Shown here piece by piece: positions 49,471 to 61,023 of a stretch of 64,000 bases of DNA. Each line of letters opens with the position of its first letter. Within the stretch, counting starts at the first letter, position 1. The position numbers and the translations under genes are program-made. The notes beneath the pieces are model-generated. The model saw nothing but the letters and a program-made list of their open reading frames with translations. It searched no databases and was not told where the DNA came from. The stretch spans positions 380,724 to 444,723 of the forward strand of contig VRVR01000002.1 in NCBI GenBank assembly GCA_009859145.1, given 5' to 3'. Source of the DNA: Andalucia godoyi And28 (Eukaryota; Protista; Jakobida).

Positions 49471-51063
49471 ATGGATTCTGTAAAGGTGTCTAATTCGGAT
49501 CCGGAGGAGCTGTTTGACCTTGTGGAGGAGCTTGGAGAAGGGTCGTATGGGACAGTTTGCAAGGCAATTCGCAAAACAGATGGTGCGGTGTTTGCAATCA
49601 AGCGGATTCCAGTAGACACAGACATGTCGGAAGTAGAAAAGGAAATTCGCATTCTCGAGCAGTGTGTGTCTCCTTATATTGTGTCGTATCATGGGGCATA
49701 CAAGTCGAAGAACCGCGAGGAGTTTTGGATTGTGATGGAGTATTGCGGAGGCGGATCGATTGCAGATCTGATGGCCATCAATGGCAGAACGCTGTCGGAA
49801 GACGAGATTGCGATTGTATGTTCTTCGGTGCTTCAGGGACTTGCGTATCTACACTCGAAGAAGAAGATTCATCGAGACATCAAGGCAGGAAATATACTGT
49901 TGAATGCAAAGGGAGAATGCAAACTGGCGGATTTCGGCGTTTCTGCTCAGCTTAATAATACAATGTCCAAGCGAGCGACTGTGATTGGAACGCCGTACTG
50001 GATGGCACCCGAAGTTATCCAGAACCCAGAGTATGACACAAAGGCGGATATTTGGAGTCTTGGTATCACTGCAATTGAAATGGCACAGGGTGAACCACCA
50101 TTGGCAAATGTGCATCCTATGCGCGTCATCTTTATGATCCCCGCAAAGCCCCCACCAAAGTTGGATGACCCAGAGAGCTGGAGCAAGCCGTTCCTCGATT
50201 TCCTGGAGCTCTGCTTGCGCAAGAAGCCTTCTGAAAGACCAACTGCTCAGGAACTACTGGATTGTCCGTTTATCCGACGAGGCGCAAAACTCAAATCGAA
50301 TCTTCAGGCAGTTATTGATGAGACCGAACAAAAAATCAGGGCCACGCCAGGCGGGAGGAAGGCGCTGGTTATGGCAGTGGACGACGAGACAGGAACAGCA
50401 AAAAGACGAACAACGGGAAATTCGGCACGCGCGGGCGCTGCATCTTCCGCTGCAAACACAGGGACTACAGTCTTTCGAGGAGACGAGGAAGACGGAGAAC
50501 AGGAAGAGGATGATGAGGAAGGAGGCGGCGACTTTTCGACGATGGTCGTCTCGGGAACCATGGTCGTCAAGAAAACTCCCGCAGCCGTGGAAGCCAAGAG
50601 CACTCCGTCGAAGAGCGCGGCAGCTGCGGTTTCACAGAATCATCGCGATTTGAGTGACGATGACGAGAAGAATGGCGATGACGATAACGACGATGACGAT
50701 GATGGTCATGGAAGGTTTTCTTCGGGAACAATGGTCATTCGACCGTCTGGGACAGCGAAGAAGACCGAAGTTAAACAAGCGGAATCCACACAAGTATCTC
50801 CTGGACCGTCTACGACATCCTCGACAATGACTTCTTTTTCTACAAACGGGTCAGGGCGTTTCAGCTCAGGTGCCAGTGACGATGCTCTGATGTCCCGCTT
50901 GATGGAGCAGTATTCGAAACTGCCAGTAGAAGAGCTCAGAAGACAACTAGGGCAGATGGATGCGCAGTTCCAAAAAGAGGTCGAAGTATTGAAGTCGTCG
51001 TATGAAAGACGCTCAACTGCATTAAAGGCTGCGCTGCAATCCAAGGAAGAGGCGACTGAATAG
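49471..51063 (+). CDS. STE20-family kinase of the Hippo/MST1-2 type with C-terminal SARAH domain, 530 aa
   Basis: LGEGSYGTVCKA, HRDIKAGNILL, KLADFGVSAQL, TVIGTPYWMAPEVI, HPMRVIFMIP; C-terminal YSKLPVEELRRQLGQMDAQFQKEVEVLKSSYERRSTALKAALQSK is SARAH-like. Confidence 0.9.
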   Translation: MDSVKVSNSDPEELFDLVEELGEGSYGTVCKAIRKTDGAVFAIKRIPVDTDMSEVEKEIRILEQCVSPYIVSYHGAYKSKNREEFWIVMEYCGGGSIADLMAINGRTLSEDEIAIVCSSVLQGLAYLHSKKKIHRDIKAGNILLNAKGECKLADFGVSAQLNNTMSKRATVIGTPYWMAPEVIQNPEYDTKADIWSLGITAIEMAQGEPPLANVHPMRVIFMIPAKPPPKLDDPESWSKPFLDFLELCLRKKPSERPTAQELLDCPFIRRGAKLKSNLQAVIDETEQKIRATPGGRKALVMAVDDETGTAKRRTTGNSARAGAASSAANTGTTVFRGDEEDGEQEEDDEEGGGDFSTMVVSGTMVVKKTPAAVEAKSTPSKSAAAAVSQNHRDLSDDDEKNGDDDNDDDDDGHGRFSSGTMVIRPSGTAKKTEVKQAESTQVSPGPSTTSSTMTSFSTNGSGRFSSGASDDALMSRLMEQYSKLPVEELRRQLGQMDAQFQKEVEVLKSSYERRSTALKAALQSKEEATE

Positions 51064-51441
51064 AAGTACAATCGTCCTTCCCTGCATTCATTTTCTTCGC
51101 AAGCATGGCTAAATGTCATGTTGTTGCAGGTTATCTCTTCTTCTCTTCTTCTCTTCTTCTCTTCTTCTCTTCTTCCTGTTTTTGTTGTTTTTGTTGTTGT
51201 TGTTGTATCAGCTGTTGTTTTATTACTGACTGCCTTTCGTGTATTTGTGTTGTGTGTGTCTTTTGTGAAAGGCGGCGCATCTGCTGTTCGAACAGATATA
51301 TATGTGCGTGTGTATTCCGTTACCCACTCTGTGTTGTATTTTGGCCACGGTCTCATTCACCCACTGACTTTCATGTTGCTGTCTGTTTTTGTTTGTTTGT
51401 TTTCTTCTTCTTAATGAAGCTTTTTTATCGAAATGGATGCC

Positions 51442-54400
51442 TCACCAGATGTGAGGTGTTTCTTCGTAAAACACTCCAAGATTATTATTCTTTTGCTGTT
51501 CTTCCGCACAGGCCGCAGCATCGATTCGTGGCGCACTGTCCGGTTGTTGTTTCATCTGGCCCAGTGGGATTGCCGTTACCAGCTCGTATCTATGCTGTGC
51601 CTGATACTTTTGCATTTCGCAGTCAAGTAATTCCGAGGAGTACGGAATGAGACGTGGAAACGTGAAGGTGTCGGATTTCGACGCAAGGTATTCCCGGACG
51701 TCTGCGGTTCGAAGCAGCTCCACGATAATTTTTGACGCCACGACCCGTCGTTGCTCCGGAAACGCCGTTCGTGCAAACTGCAAAACCGGTCCAAATCCCT
51801 CCGAGATCACAGCTTTGCGAGGAATCTCCCAAGCGACGAGACGATCTACGCAAGACAGTGCTGCCATCGAAAGCGCCTCATTAGCGCTCACAATCTTCCT
51901 CAGAATGAATGGCACGCAGCCACACCGGACTAGCTGGTTGCAGCCAAACTCTCCGTGCAAGGCAATCGACAGCAGTCGCGTGGTTTGAACTGCTCGTTTC
52001 AGTTCTTCCTTGGAATCCTCAGACTTGAACACATCAACCTTGCGGAACATCGCAGACACTTCTTCGTCAGACAGCTTTTCGAGGATACGCAATCCAACTG
52101 GAAAGTCTGACTGGGTCTCACTGTCCCCGAAATAGAGAAGGTAGTAGATGGTAGCTCGCGAAATCAGAGCAATGTCCAGTCGGCCACACTCCTTGTCAAA
52201 AGACAACATGATCTCCAGCACGTCGTAGTGCACAATCAGATGCACATAGTCCTTTTGCCCAGCTGCATTGCAGATGAGACGACAAGTCTCGTAGGTCAGC
52301 GGGGTGTGCTGATGGGGCAGTGCGATTGCTTTCAGACGCTGAGCATACTGCTCGATGACTCCGCTATCAAAGAGGTTCTTCACAAAGGTTTGCAGCAGCG
52401 GCGTGGTTTCAATGATGTTTTGTCGCAGTACTTCGGCGATCATAAAAGCAATGTAATAATCGGTGAGGACATCCTTGCACGACAGTGCGTTCTTTGTAAA
52501 CTGAAACAGTTCCGATCCCAGCAAACGGTTTCTGGACCATTTTTCAAGCATAAAACGGCAGAAAACTCGAGACAGCGGCTGCCGAATGCTGCTTTTGTTG
52601 ACGTCTCGAAATGCTTTCTCCGTCAGAATTTCAAAGAAAGACAGCCGACGGTGCACAGCTGCGATACCAGAATCCGTAGACAAAAGAACTTCCAGCATCT
52701 GGCAAATCATGATTTCCTCCTCTTCTTCGGAGTAGACCTTCGTCAGAAAATGCACCAAGTCATCGAAGTTGACTTCGCAGAAAAGCGAAACTTCCTTGTC
52801 CAAGAGGCTGAGGGAAATTCCGCGGAGTCTCCGGACAAGGACGACCTGGAAATGCACGAACGACAGAACAGCATTTCGCAATTCCTCCTCCGTCTTGAAC
52901 GCCTCTGACCAAGCAACTGCGTGAATAATGAGGGCGTGATGGGTCTCGAACTGCAGCAAGTGGCGCCGATCGTCCGGCAGGCAGTTGTTGTAGCAGTCCA
53001 GCACACAAAGCGCAAAGTCGCTGAAGCTCTCTGAATGATCATCCCACAGCGACTGAACCACAGCTGAAAACTCTCCGAGGATCAGTTCCGATTCCAAGAT
53101 CCTGAGAGGATCGAAGAAGGAAATGAAACGGATGATGCGAAGGAAGCAGTACCGCACATCGAAAATAGCTGCAGAAAGCACTTCCTTTGCGATTTCGAAA
53201 AACCGAGACTGCAGAACCTTCTCCAAGCTCTGTTCTCGTGCTGCGAAGCCCGCTATTGAGAACATGACCAGTCGCCGGTATTCGACGTTTGCTGAAGTCA
53301 TCAGCTGCAGCAGTACCGGCAAGCAGTTGGACATAAAGAGACATTCGTGATATCGCTCATCGACGCAAAATCGATGCAAGCATCGTAATGCATTGTACGA
53401 GAGCTCCGTGTCGGGATCTTGGGAAAGATTAATTAGCGGCAGAATTCCCTGACCGACCGAGATTTCCTGCTTCACAGAGTCCAAAGCACACAACTGTGCA
53501 AGAAGCCGCAAGCACTGTCTTCGAATGCTTATGATGAGACCGTCGAGATTCAGCTCCACGGTCTGTGCTGCTTTTCCGGTGTCGATGCCACGGGCCCCTT
53601 CGAGGACAAAGGCAACGATGCCTTCTGCAGCAATTTTTTCGATAGATCCTTCTGTGCTGGACAAAAGCGCTAGTCCTCTCACGGCTTCCGAACAAACGTC
53701 CTTGTACCGCTTGAAGGAAATATTGCGAGCTAGGTTTCTCACGGCCCCCAACGCAAGCAGCGATGCGTGGTTTGATACGGACAAGGCCAACTCTGCAACC
53801 GTCCTCACAGCCAAACGTCGGAAGCGCACGTCAGAGTGAAGACAAAGCCGAATTGCCACCTCCGCGACAGTGCTGTTGGTGGACACGTGGGACCGGAGGT
53901 CGTGGTCTGTCGAAAACATGACCACACATCGGAGTGCATGAAACAAGTACTCCTGCTCGAGAGTCTCAAAATCTTGGCTCAACAGCTCTTCTTTGTTTTC
54001 GGCTCTTGCAGATTCTGCCCGGAAATCCTCATCGACAAGCACTTTGCTTCCAAAGGTCTCCACCGCACGGACGACACTCTTCCACAGTTCAGGATGCTCC
54101 ACAAGGAAGCGTCGCTGCTTTTCATCCACAGAAAAGGTTCCTGCAATGTCCATGAACCGCACAGCAGAGACTTGTAGAGTCCCTTTCACGGACTTTTCCA
54201 GATAAGCGGAAATAGCAAGCAGAAATAACTGAGTCTCTGCCAGCACGACCCGAAAAGCTTCGTGGGCGCAGACGTCGTTCAGTGAAACTGGCCCTCGCGC
54301 AGCAACATATGGATTGGGAGGCTTCAGACACAAGGAGCAGAGACGACGCATGCAGTGTTCTTCCGCAAATCGCTCATCGTGCACGCAGTCCAAGAACAAG

Positions 54401-57400
54401 TCACTGGCAAGTTCCTGGCACTCCCTGTCTTCCAGGTTCGTGAACTGCAGTAGCCTTGGAACTTGGAAGACAGTGATCACCTGGGTTCTTGACGAGAGGC
54501 GGATTTTGCAAATGGTGACCAAAAACAGCAGCACTGCTCGAAGCAGCTTCTGAGACGTTTCACTCGAGTTCTTGTGATAGCGCATTTCTTCGTCAATGGA
54601 TACCAAGGACGCAAGAGTGCCCAAATTACTCTTCAGGAATTTTTCGTTTGTGAATTCTTCCAAAACTTCGAGCGGGACTCTTGCGGTTGGCTTCGGACGG
54701 TATTTGCACCGACTCTAAATCGCATTGTGCAGCAAAAGAAGAGGAGGACGATGATCCGTGAGCAAGTCTTGCACGTCAAAACAACAACAACAACAACGAC
54801 AAAACAACACCTCAAGAAAAGAAAATAATAATAATAATAATAATAATGAGTGCGTTAAATACATACCCATGCTCGAATATAGCTTCGAATGATGCGAGTT
54901 TTCTGCAGCTTGGATTCCACACTTTCATTCCTGTTCTTGTGATGGTCCTCCTGGATGCTGGCGGCAGAAGACGCGAGCGACTTGTTGACGAGAGATGCAA
55001 ACTTCTGTGTCGAAAGAGCATGCCCTATCTTATCCAGTTTTTCGAAGGCAAGTCGGTCGATTCTGCTTTGCAAGGGGCTGATACCCATTTTTGCCTTTTC
55101 GGACGCTTTGACTTTCCTGAAGATTTCATCCATGATGTTTCGCAGTTCCGAGAAAGCCTTGTTGGCTTCTTCCACCACCAAGAGATTGGAATCCACAAAA
55201 GACGAAAACAGCTCAAGAATCCCAGCGTCGAGAACGAACTGGTGGATAAGGTCGTTTCTCAACAGGGATGTCATACTGTTCACTGCAGCGATTCGCAGGT
55301 CCCTGTCTGACGCCCTTGCCATCACTGTCAACACCTGAACACCGTCGCTTTTCCAGAAGGCCTTCTGACACGATTCGCTGACATTGAAGGATGAGCAGAA
55401 CATGTTCAGCAACTCAGCCTGCAGCTTGGAATTCCCAATGTCCACTTGGGTCAGCAGCCGAGATATAATTTTCCGCAAAAGCGTTCGCCGCCGTTTCCGT
55501 TTTTTCTTTGCAAGCTTTTCCTCATTCGAAACGGCTGCTCCGTCCGATGTGTTCCGTGCTTTTGACTTCCCAGATTCGCTGCTTTTTGACAAGTCTTTCA
55601 GCAAAGACGTTGGGACAACAGACTTCACGAAATCGATGATCTTCTTCATTGTGCCTCCTCTTTCCAGGAACGGTGCGGCCAGCGGGTGTCTGGCGAGATT
55701 TTTCAGGCCCTTGGCACATGCCAGCTGAAATTCAATATCATCAGATTCTTTGAAGAGCCTGTCTTTGAAGATTGAAAACAGATCGAGCCTGATCAGAGCG
55801 GTTTGTGCGCTCTCAAACGAGGCCAGCTGAGCAAGTGCTTGAAATGCGTATCGTTCAAGCCCCTTTACGCGACAGTTCAGGAACTGGAAGAGCGTCTCGT
55901 GTCCTCCCTCCTCCATCATGTTCGCCGCTGCGGATTCGTCTTGCAGTATGTATATCAGTGCATAGCAGGACGCTTGGTTGACACCGGTGTTGTCGTGACT
56001 AAGGTACTTGATGATTTCTGGAACAGCACCTTTCTGCACCAGCTCCACTCGAGCCTCCATTTCGTGCGAAAGATCACCCACGAGCATCAGCGAATTGGAC
56101 AGTGCGTCTGCTTGCTGGTGATCCTGTCGAAGAATTTCCATCAACACATCGACTGCTCCTTCTTTGTGAAACACCACAATTCGATCAGGATCGTAGAAGT
56201 GGAGTGTACTGTCATGGATAATAGCACCCAGCGCTTCCACAGCCTGCGTGAGACGGTGTTGATCACCTTGCAAACGGCAGATTGATAGCAGCGGCCGCAC
56301 GACGCCCAGATCCATCAGCTCGTCAATGAATTCTTCCTTTTGGGCCATTACATGAATAACTTTGACTGCTTCCGAGCGCACGTCTTCTCGGATGGAGAAG
56401 GCAAAGCTGATGATCAGTTTCAGGACGTTTTCTGCATGAAGCCTGAACAAATTCTGCTGTGCAAGCATCATAACAGAAAAAACCTTCATGACGCAAATGA
56501 TGATATCCATGTCTGTCTCTTGAAGCAGCCGGGCGAGCGAAGAGAAGGTCCCAAGGCTGCCGACCTCGTTTCGGACTTCTGGAAATCTGAGCCCCAGCTC
56601 GTACAAAATACTGAGCAGGGAGACTCGGATCGACTTTTCCGGTGTCCTCTTCAAAAGGCCAACCACAATGGGAAGGCCCGAAGCTGCGCTGAGCTCCTGA
56701 TAAAACGCTTTCGACGCCGATGTGCTCATGTTCAAGAATGTGTTGGCTGCATGCAGCTGGGCGTCGTAGTTTGTTTCCGTGTCCAGAATTGTCAGTAAGG
56801 ATGGAAAACAGCCGAGTGTACATATTTCTGCGGCCATTCTTGGAATCTCCGCCAGAAACGAGGTACCCTCGGCTGCATACTGTTGGATGGCGGCAAAGCA
56901 GGCGTCGAGGGTCTCGTCGACAGTCATTGTAACATCTTCGAGGTCTGTGTCATCCAGATTTTGCACTGTCCTTCTCATCATCGCCCGTTCTGTGCGCTCC
57001 ATCACTCTGTGCATTTTTCCATTTTGGAAGGTGTGCAGATTTGCTCTTCGCAGTTCCTTGTGCATGGAACTGCTTGGAATGCCGCTGCAGATAAGACCGG
57101 CGAGATCAGATAAGATGTGTTCTTCGGAAAATTGCAGTCGAGCATCCAAGCTCGAGATTTTGGAGAGATTCGCAAACGCTCGGCTTATCTGGAAGAGCAG
57201 TGGCAAATATTTAGATGTGCTAAATTGCGCGTGGAGTTTCAGCAGCCCCCGTGAGTGGATGATTTCTTGTCGATTCGTGTCATTTTCCGCGTAGTTTGCC
57301 AGCGCCCATGCGCCCTCGGTCCGAATGTCCTCATCCGGATGATCAAGCATCAGAAACAGAGTTCGTACCCCTTTCCCTGCGCCATAAACGACAGAAGATT

Positions 57401-58274
57401 CACCAGTAACCTGGTCGACTCGAACGTTGCCCTCTGAAAAGTATGTCAGCACTTTTGCAATGGTGTCCTTTACAAGCGGATCCACCATTGGATCATCCGA
57501 CATGGACACGGCCTCGAGCGGCTGCAGTCCGTTTGCCTCGACGACATTTTGCCGGACCCATGCTTCACGGACCAAGCTTTCTAACGACAGGAGTGCGAAG
57601 AGTCTCGTTTTCCCGTACATGTTGTTCAGCAAGCACAGTCCGAGCAGAGGAATCAAGATGCCGACGGCCACGATCTCTTCCTTAAACTCATCGAAGCTTG
57701 CCAGCTTGTGTAGGAGTTTTGCGCTTTCATACTGTATTTCTGGAACATTCGTCACCATATTAACTGCAATAACCTGCAGGATTCCGTAGTCCACCAGATC
57801 AAAACACAGAGCCTCGATGCTACAAAGGTTTCCCAAGGACTCCATCATATCGCACTGCACAGCTGTTCTTGCGTAGCGCGCAAGCTCCAGCATCCGTCTT
57901 CCCAGATTTTCGCAAATATGTCGTTGAACATGCTCTTAAAATGCGTGATTAGCAACACGTCATCATCCTCATCATCACGATGTTGACTTTGCCTGTGCTG
58001 AAGATGGAAACATCATTTCCATCTCATGCAAAAGAAAACAGCAGGAGATCATACCTTTTCCCAATGAAAACTCGTAGAATATTCCCGCAATGATCTCCAC
58101 CATCTGCGTTTCGCAGTCCGGTCGATCGAGCTCCTTTAGTAAAACATGCAGTGTGTTTTGCTCCAGGATCACATCGTGGTTTTCTCGAGCTTTGGCATAG
58201 TGCTGGATTTGACGCAGTGCCCACGTTCTTTCACTGATAATCTGATTATGAGTGATCACTCGCAGGAGTTCCAT
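51442..58274 (-). CDS. Giant armadillo-repeat protein; join(58274..58055,57934..54867,54714..51442), ~2186 aa
   Basis: Three ORF-track pieces join in frame via introns 57935-58054 (GTATGA...GCTAAT...TTAAG) and 54715-54866 (GTATGT...TTTAG); summed exons are 6561 nt; ARM-like repeats throughout. Confidence 0.85.
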
Positions 58275-58482
58275 AATTCTTGGTTCTTTCTCTCAAATTG
58301 AAAACAAAACACGGAGCCCAAGAGAAAAATGGAGCATTCAAAAAGGAAAACACAAGCATGAGCTTCCGCCTATTTCTGCACACGATACAGAATGAACAAA
58401 ACTAGACTTGAGAGCAGACAACATACTCGACACGGCCAATGGCGTACTGCATCCGGAACCCATTTTTTACGTTCGCCGTCCC

Positions 58483-58513
<31 letters not shown>

Positions 58514-59167
58514 GCTTCTCTGCTCTGTCGCTTGCGCACAAGACGTCGTTTTGTTTTTGTGATTCGTCCGGTTTTGAACCTTAATAATCAGAATAGGGCC
58601 ATCAACGTTGTCGTGTTTCGGTTAATTATGAGCTAGTTTTGTACAATTCAGCTATACCATGTGAATATAACTGCGAATTTCAGTTGCGATGCCAAAAAAA
58701 TAATAATAATAATAAATGAAGTAAAAAATAAAAAATAAAAAATAATAATTATAATTATTACAACGAAGATCTCTGCATGCAGACGATGAAAACTACCTGT
58801 CGTAGATAAACTGCAGCATCAAGCATCAACCTTGATTCTTGGTTCACTCCCCTCTTCCCCCGTTCTGCCCAGCCTCTGTGTGCTGCGGTTGACTTGAAAA
58901 CTACAAAAAGCATAAATGTCAAAACTAAGCTTTTACTTTTGTAGTTTTTCTTTTCCTTTTGTTTTTTCCTTCCTTCGTTTATTGTAGTCATCATCACCAT
59001 CATTAGTATTAACATCAGCGGAAAAAAAGACATCGTTTATTTAGTTTCTTCGCTTCTTCGGCTCAGTGTCATTTCCAAAACCGGAGCATCATCATCACTT
59101 TTCTCCCAAGCATCCACAGCAGCAAGCCAGCAGCAAAGAGGACACGGAAAGAGAGGAAAAGAAACGA

Positions 59168-60700
59168 ATGAACATATCTACTCGACCGACGTTCTACGAT
59201 GCAGACAATGCACCAAAGTACCACAAACGCACAAATGCTGTTTTGCAGCCTGCAAAGACGTCGCCGAGCTCTGGGGCTGGATCGGGGTCTGTTTCACCAT
59301 CTTCGCCAAATGGTAATTCAGTGTCAAGTCCGCGGAAGGAAGCGTACTTTGCCCGTGGGTTTGGCGAGCATCTGAAGAACCCGGATCTTGCAGATGTGAT
59401 GCTGCAGCTGCAAGCCAATGCTGCGGAGACGCTAAAGGCACACACACTGATTCTGGCGTTCGGATCCGAGTACTTCCGCGAGTACTTTTCGTCTGCGAAG
59501 TGGAAGGACCGGACATCGAACAATTTGCTCTTGTCATTCGACCATCCATGCCCTCTGTCGATTTTGACGCAGGTACTGGAATTCCTTTATGAAGGAACAG
59601 TCGATATTCATCATGATAATGCTGTTGCGCTGCTGCGGCTCTCCAAGACGCTTGGGATTCCGACATTGCAATCTGCGTGTCTCAATTTCTTGGAATCACA
59701 GATTACGCTGGAGAAAGTCCTGCACATTGCCTCGGAGGCCGGGGCTGGAAAATGGGCCGAGACGAATGTGGAGCAGCAGTGCATGGAGATGATCACCGAG
59801 TCGTTCGATGCGCTTTGCTCGTATGGCATGGGCCCCTTTGACGACTTTTCAGAGTTGGCAGAAGCACAGCTGATCGCGTTGTTGCAGCAGGACGCACTTG
59901 TGGTCGAGAGCGAATCAACTGTTGTCTTCTTGATCAACTCGTACTGTAGAGATAAGAAAGTCAACGGCGGGAGCTTGTGGCCTCTTGTTCGATGGTGCTT
60001 TGTGGAGCCCCAGGCAGTGTTGGAGGTGTGGAGGTTCAGGCAGGAGACGGGGCTGACCCTGGATTTCCTTACATATCCAATGATTGCGAGGCTCGTCGCG
60101 TCCGAGTATGGAGAATTGGAGGCATTCTCCACTACAAGCATTGCCAAAGAATTGCCAGAGACAGTTTCAAACATGACACGTCCTCGAGGAACGACGGGCT
60201 CTCTGATCAGCCAGATTCCAGGGTATGCACTTTGGCGGATTCCAAAATTCGCAGAACTGGACCACATTCGACAGCATTACTCAGTCCCGTTTGCGGACAA
60301 GTCCGGAACTTTGTTCAGGATTGTCCTGTCTGCGACGTCAAGCAGTGGAGATGGAGCTGTCAGTGTGTACGTCGAGCTCACACGACGGGCGGTGAGTCGG
60401 ATTTCCGAGAACGCTCCGGATGCCCGGGTATGGAAGGTGCCACGAATCATCCGTGTGACAGTGTTGAATGATTCAAATGCCGCCGGCTCCGTCTCGCGAG
60501 CTTCGAGTAAGAACTTCGTTCCCGACTCGGTGCGATTTGGATGGCCCAGCTTCATGCCCATGGCTCACGTACCGGATTTCGAGGATGAAACCGGTGCATT
60601 AACTGTGTGTGTGCACATCACAGAGGCGTCTCGACTGGATGTAGCTTCCCCTGTTCCCGGAAGTCAGAGTCCGTCCTTGTTCCAACCATCGGCGTCGTAG
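59168..60700 (+). CDS. BTB/POZ-BACK-MATH(TRAF) protein, probable Cul3 adaptor, 510 aa
   Basis: LADVMLQL...KAHTLILAFGSEYF (BTB), BACK-like helices, and ALWRIPKF...AVSVYVEL...FGWPSFM (MATH). Confidence 0.85.
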   Translation: MNISTRPTFYDADNAPKYHKRTNAVLQPAKTSPSSGAGSGSVSPSSPNGNSVSSPRKEAYFARGFGEHLKNPDLADVMLQLQANAAETLKAHTLILAFGSEYFREYFSSAKWKDRTSNNLLLSFDHPCPLSILTQVLEFLYEGTVDIHHDNAVALLRLSKTLGIPTLQSACLNFLESQITLEKVLHIASEAGAGKWAETNVEQQCMEMITESFDALCSYGMGPFDDFSELAEAQLIALLQQDALVVESESTVVFLINSYCRDKKVNGGSLWPLVRWCFVEPQAVLEVWRFRQETGLTLDFLTYPMIARLVASEYGELEAFSTTSIAKELPETVSNMTRPRGTTGSLISQIPGYALWRIPKFAELDHIRQHYSVPFADKSGTLFRIVLSATSSSGDGAVSVYVELTRRAVSRISENAPDARVWKVPRIIRVTVLNDSNAAGSVSRASSKNFVPDSVRFGWPSFMPMAHVPDFEDETGALTVCVHITEASRLDVASPVPGSQSPSLFQPSAS

Positions 60701-61023
60701 CGTTCTGCCTGGCGTTCTGCCCACTTATCCTTTCTTCCCAGGCATGCTGCGCTCGCCAGTTCTGTTTGTCTGTCTTCAACTCATCGTTCATTTCGGGTTC
60801 TGTCCTTGGAACGTTCTCTAGTTTCCCCCCCCTCTTTGTTTTTTTGCCTTTTGGACTCGTCGTTTTCCCGCTCTTCCCCCCACATGTTTCAATTTTGTTT
60901 TTTTCTCGCATTAATTGTTTATTTGAAAATGGCCATGTTCCCGATCCATTTCGTCGTCTGTGTACACTACTAGACTATTTTTTTTATTTTTTAAGTTATC
61001 ATTTTGAGCAGCACATACGACTA

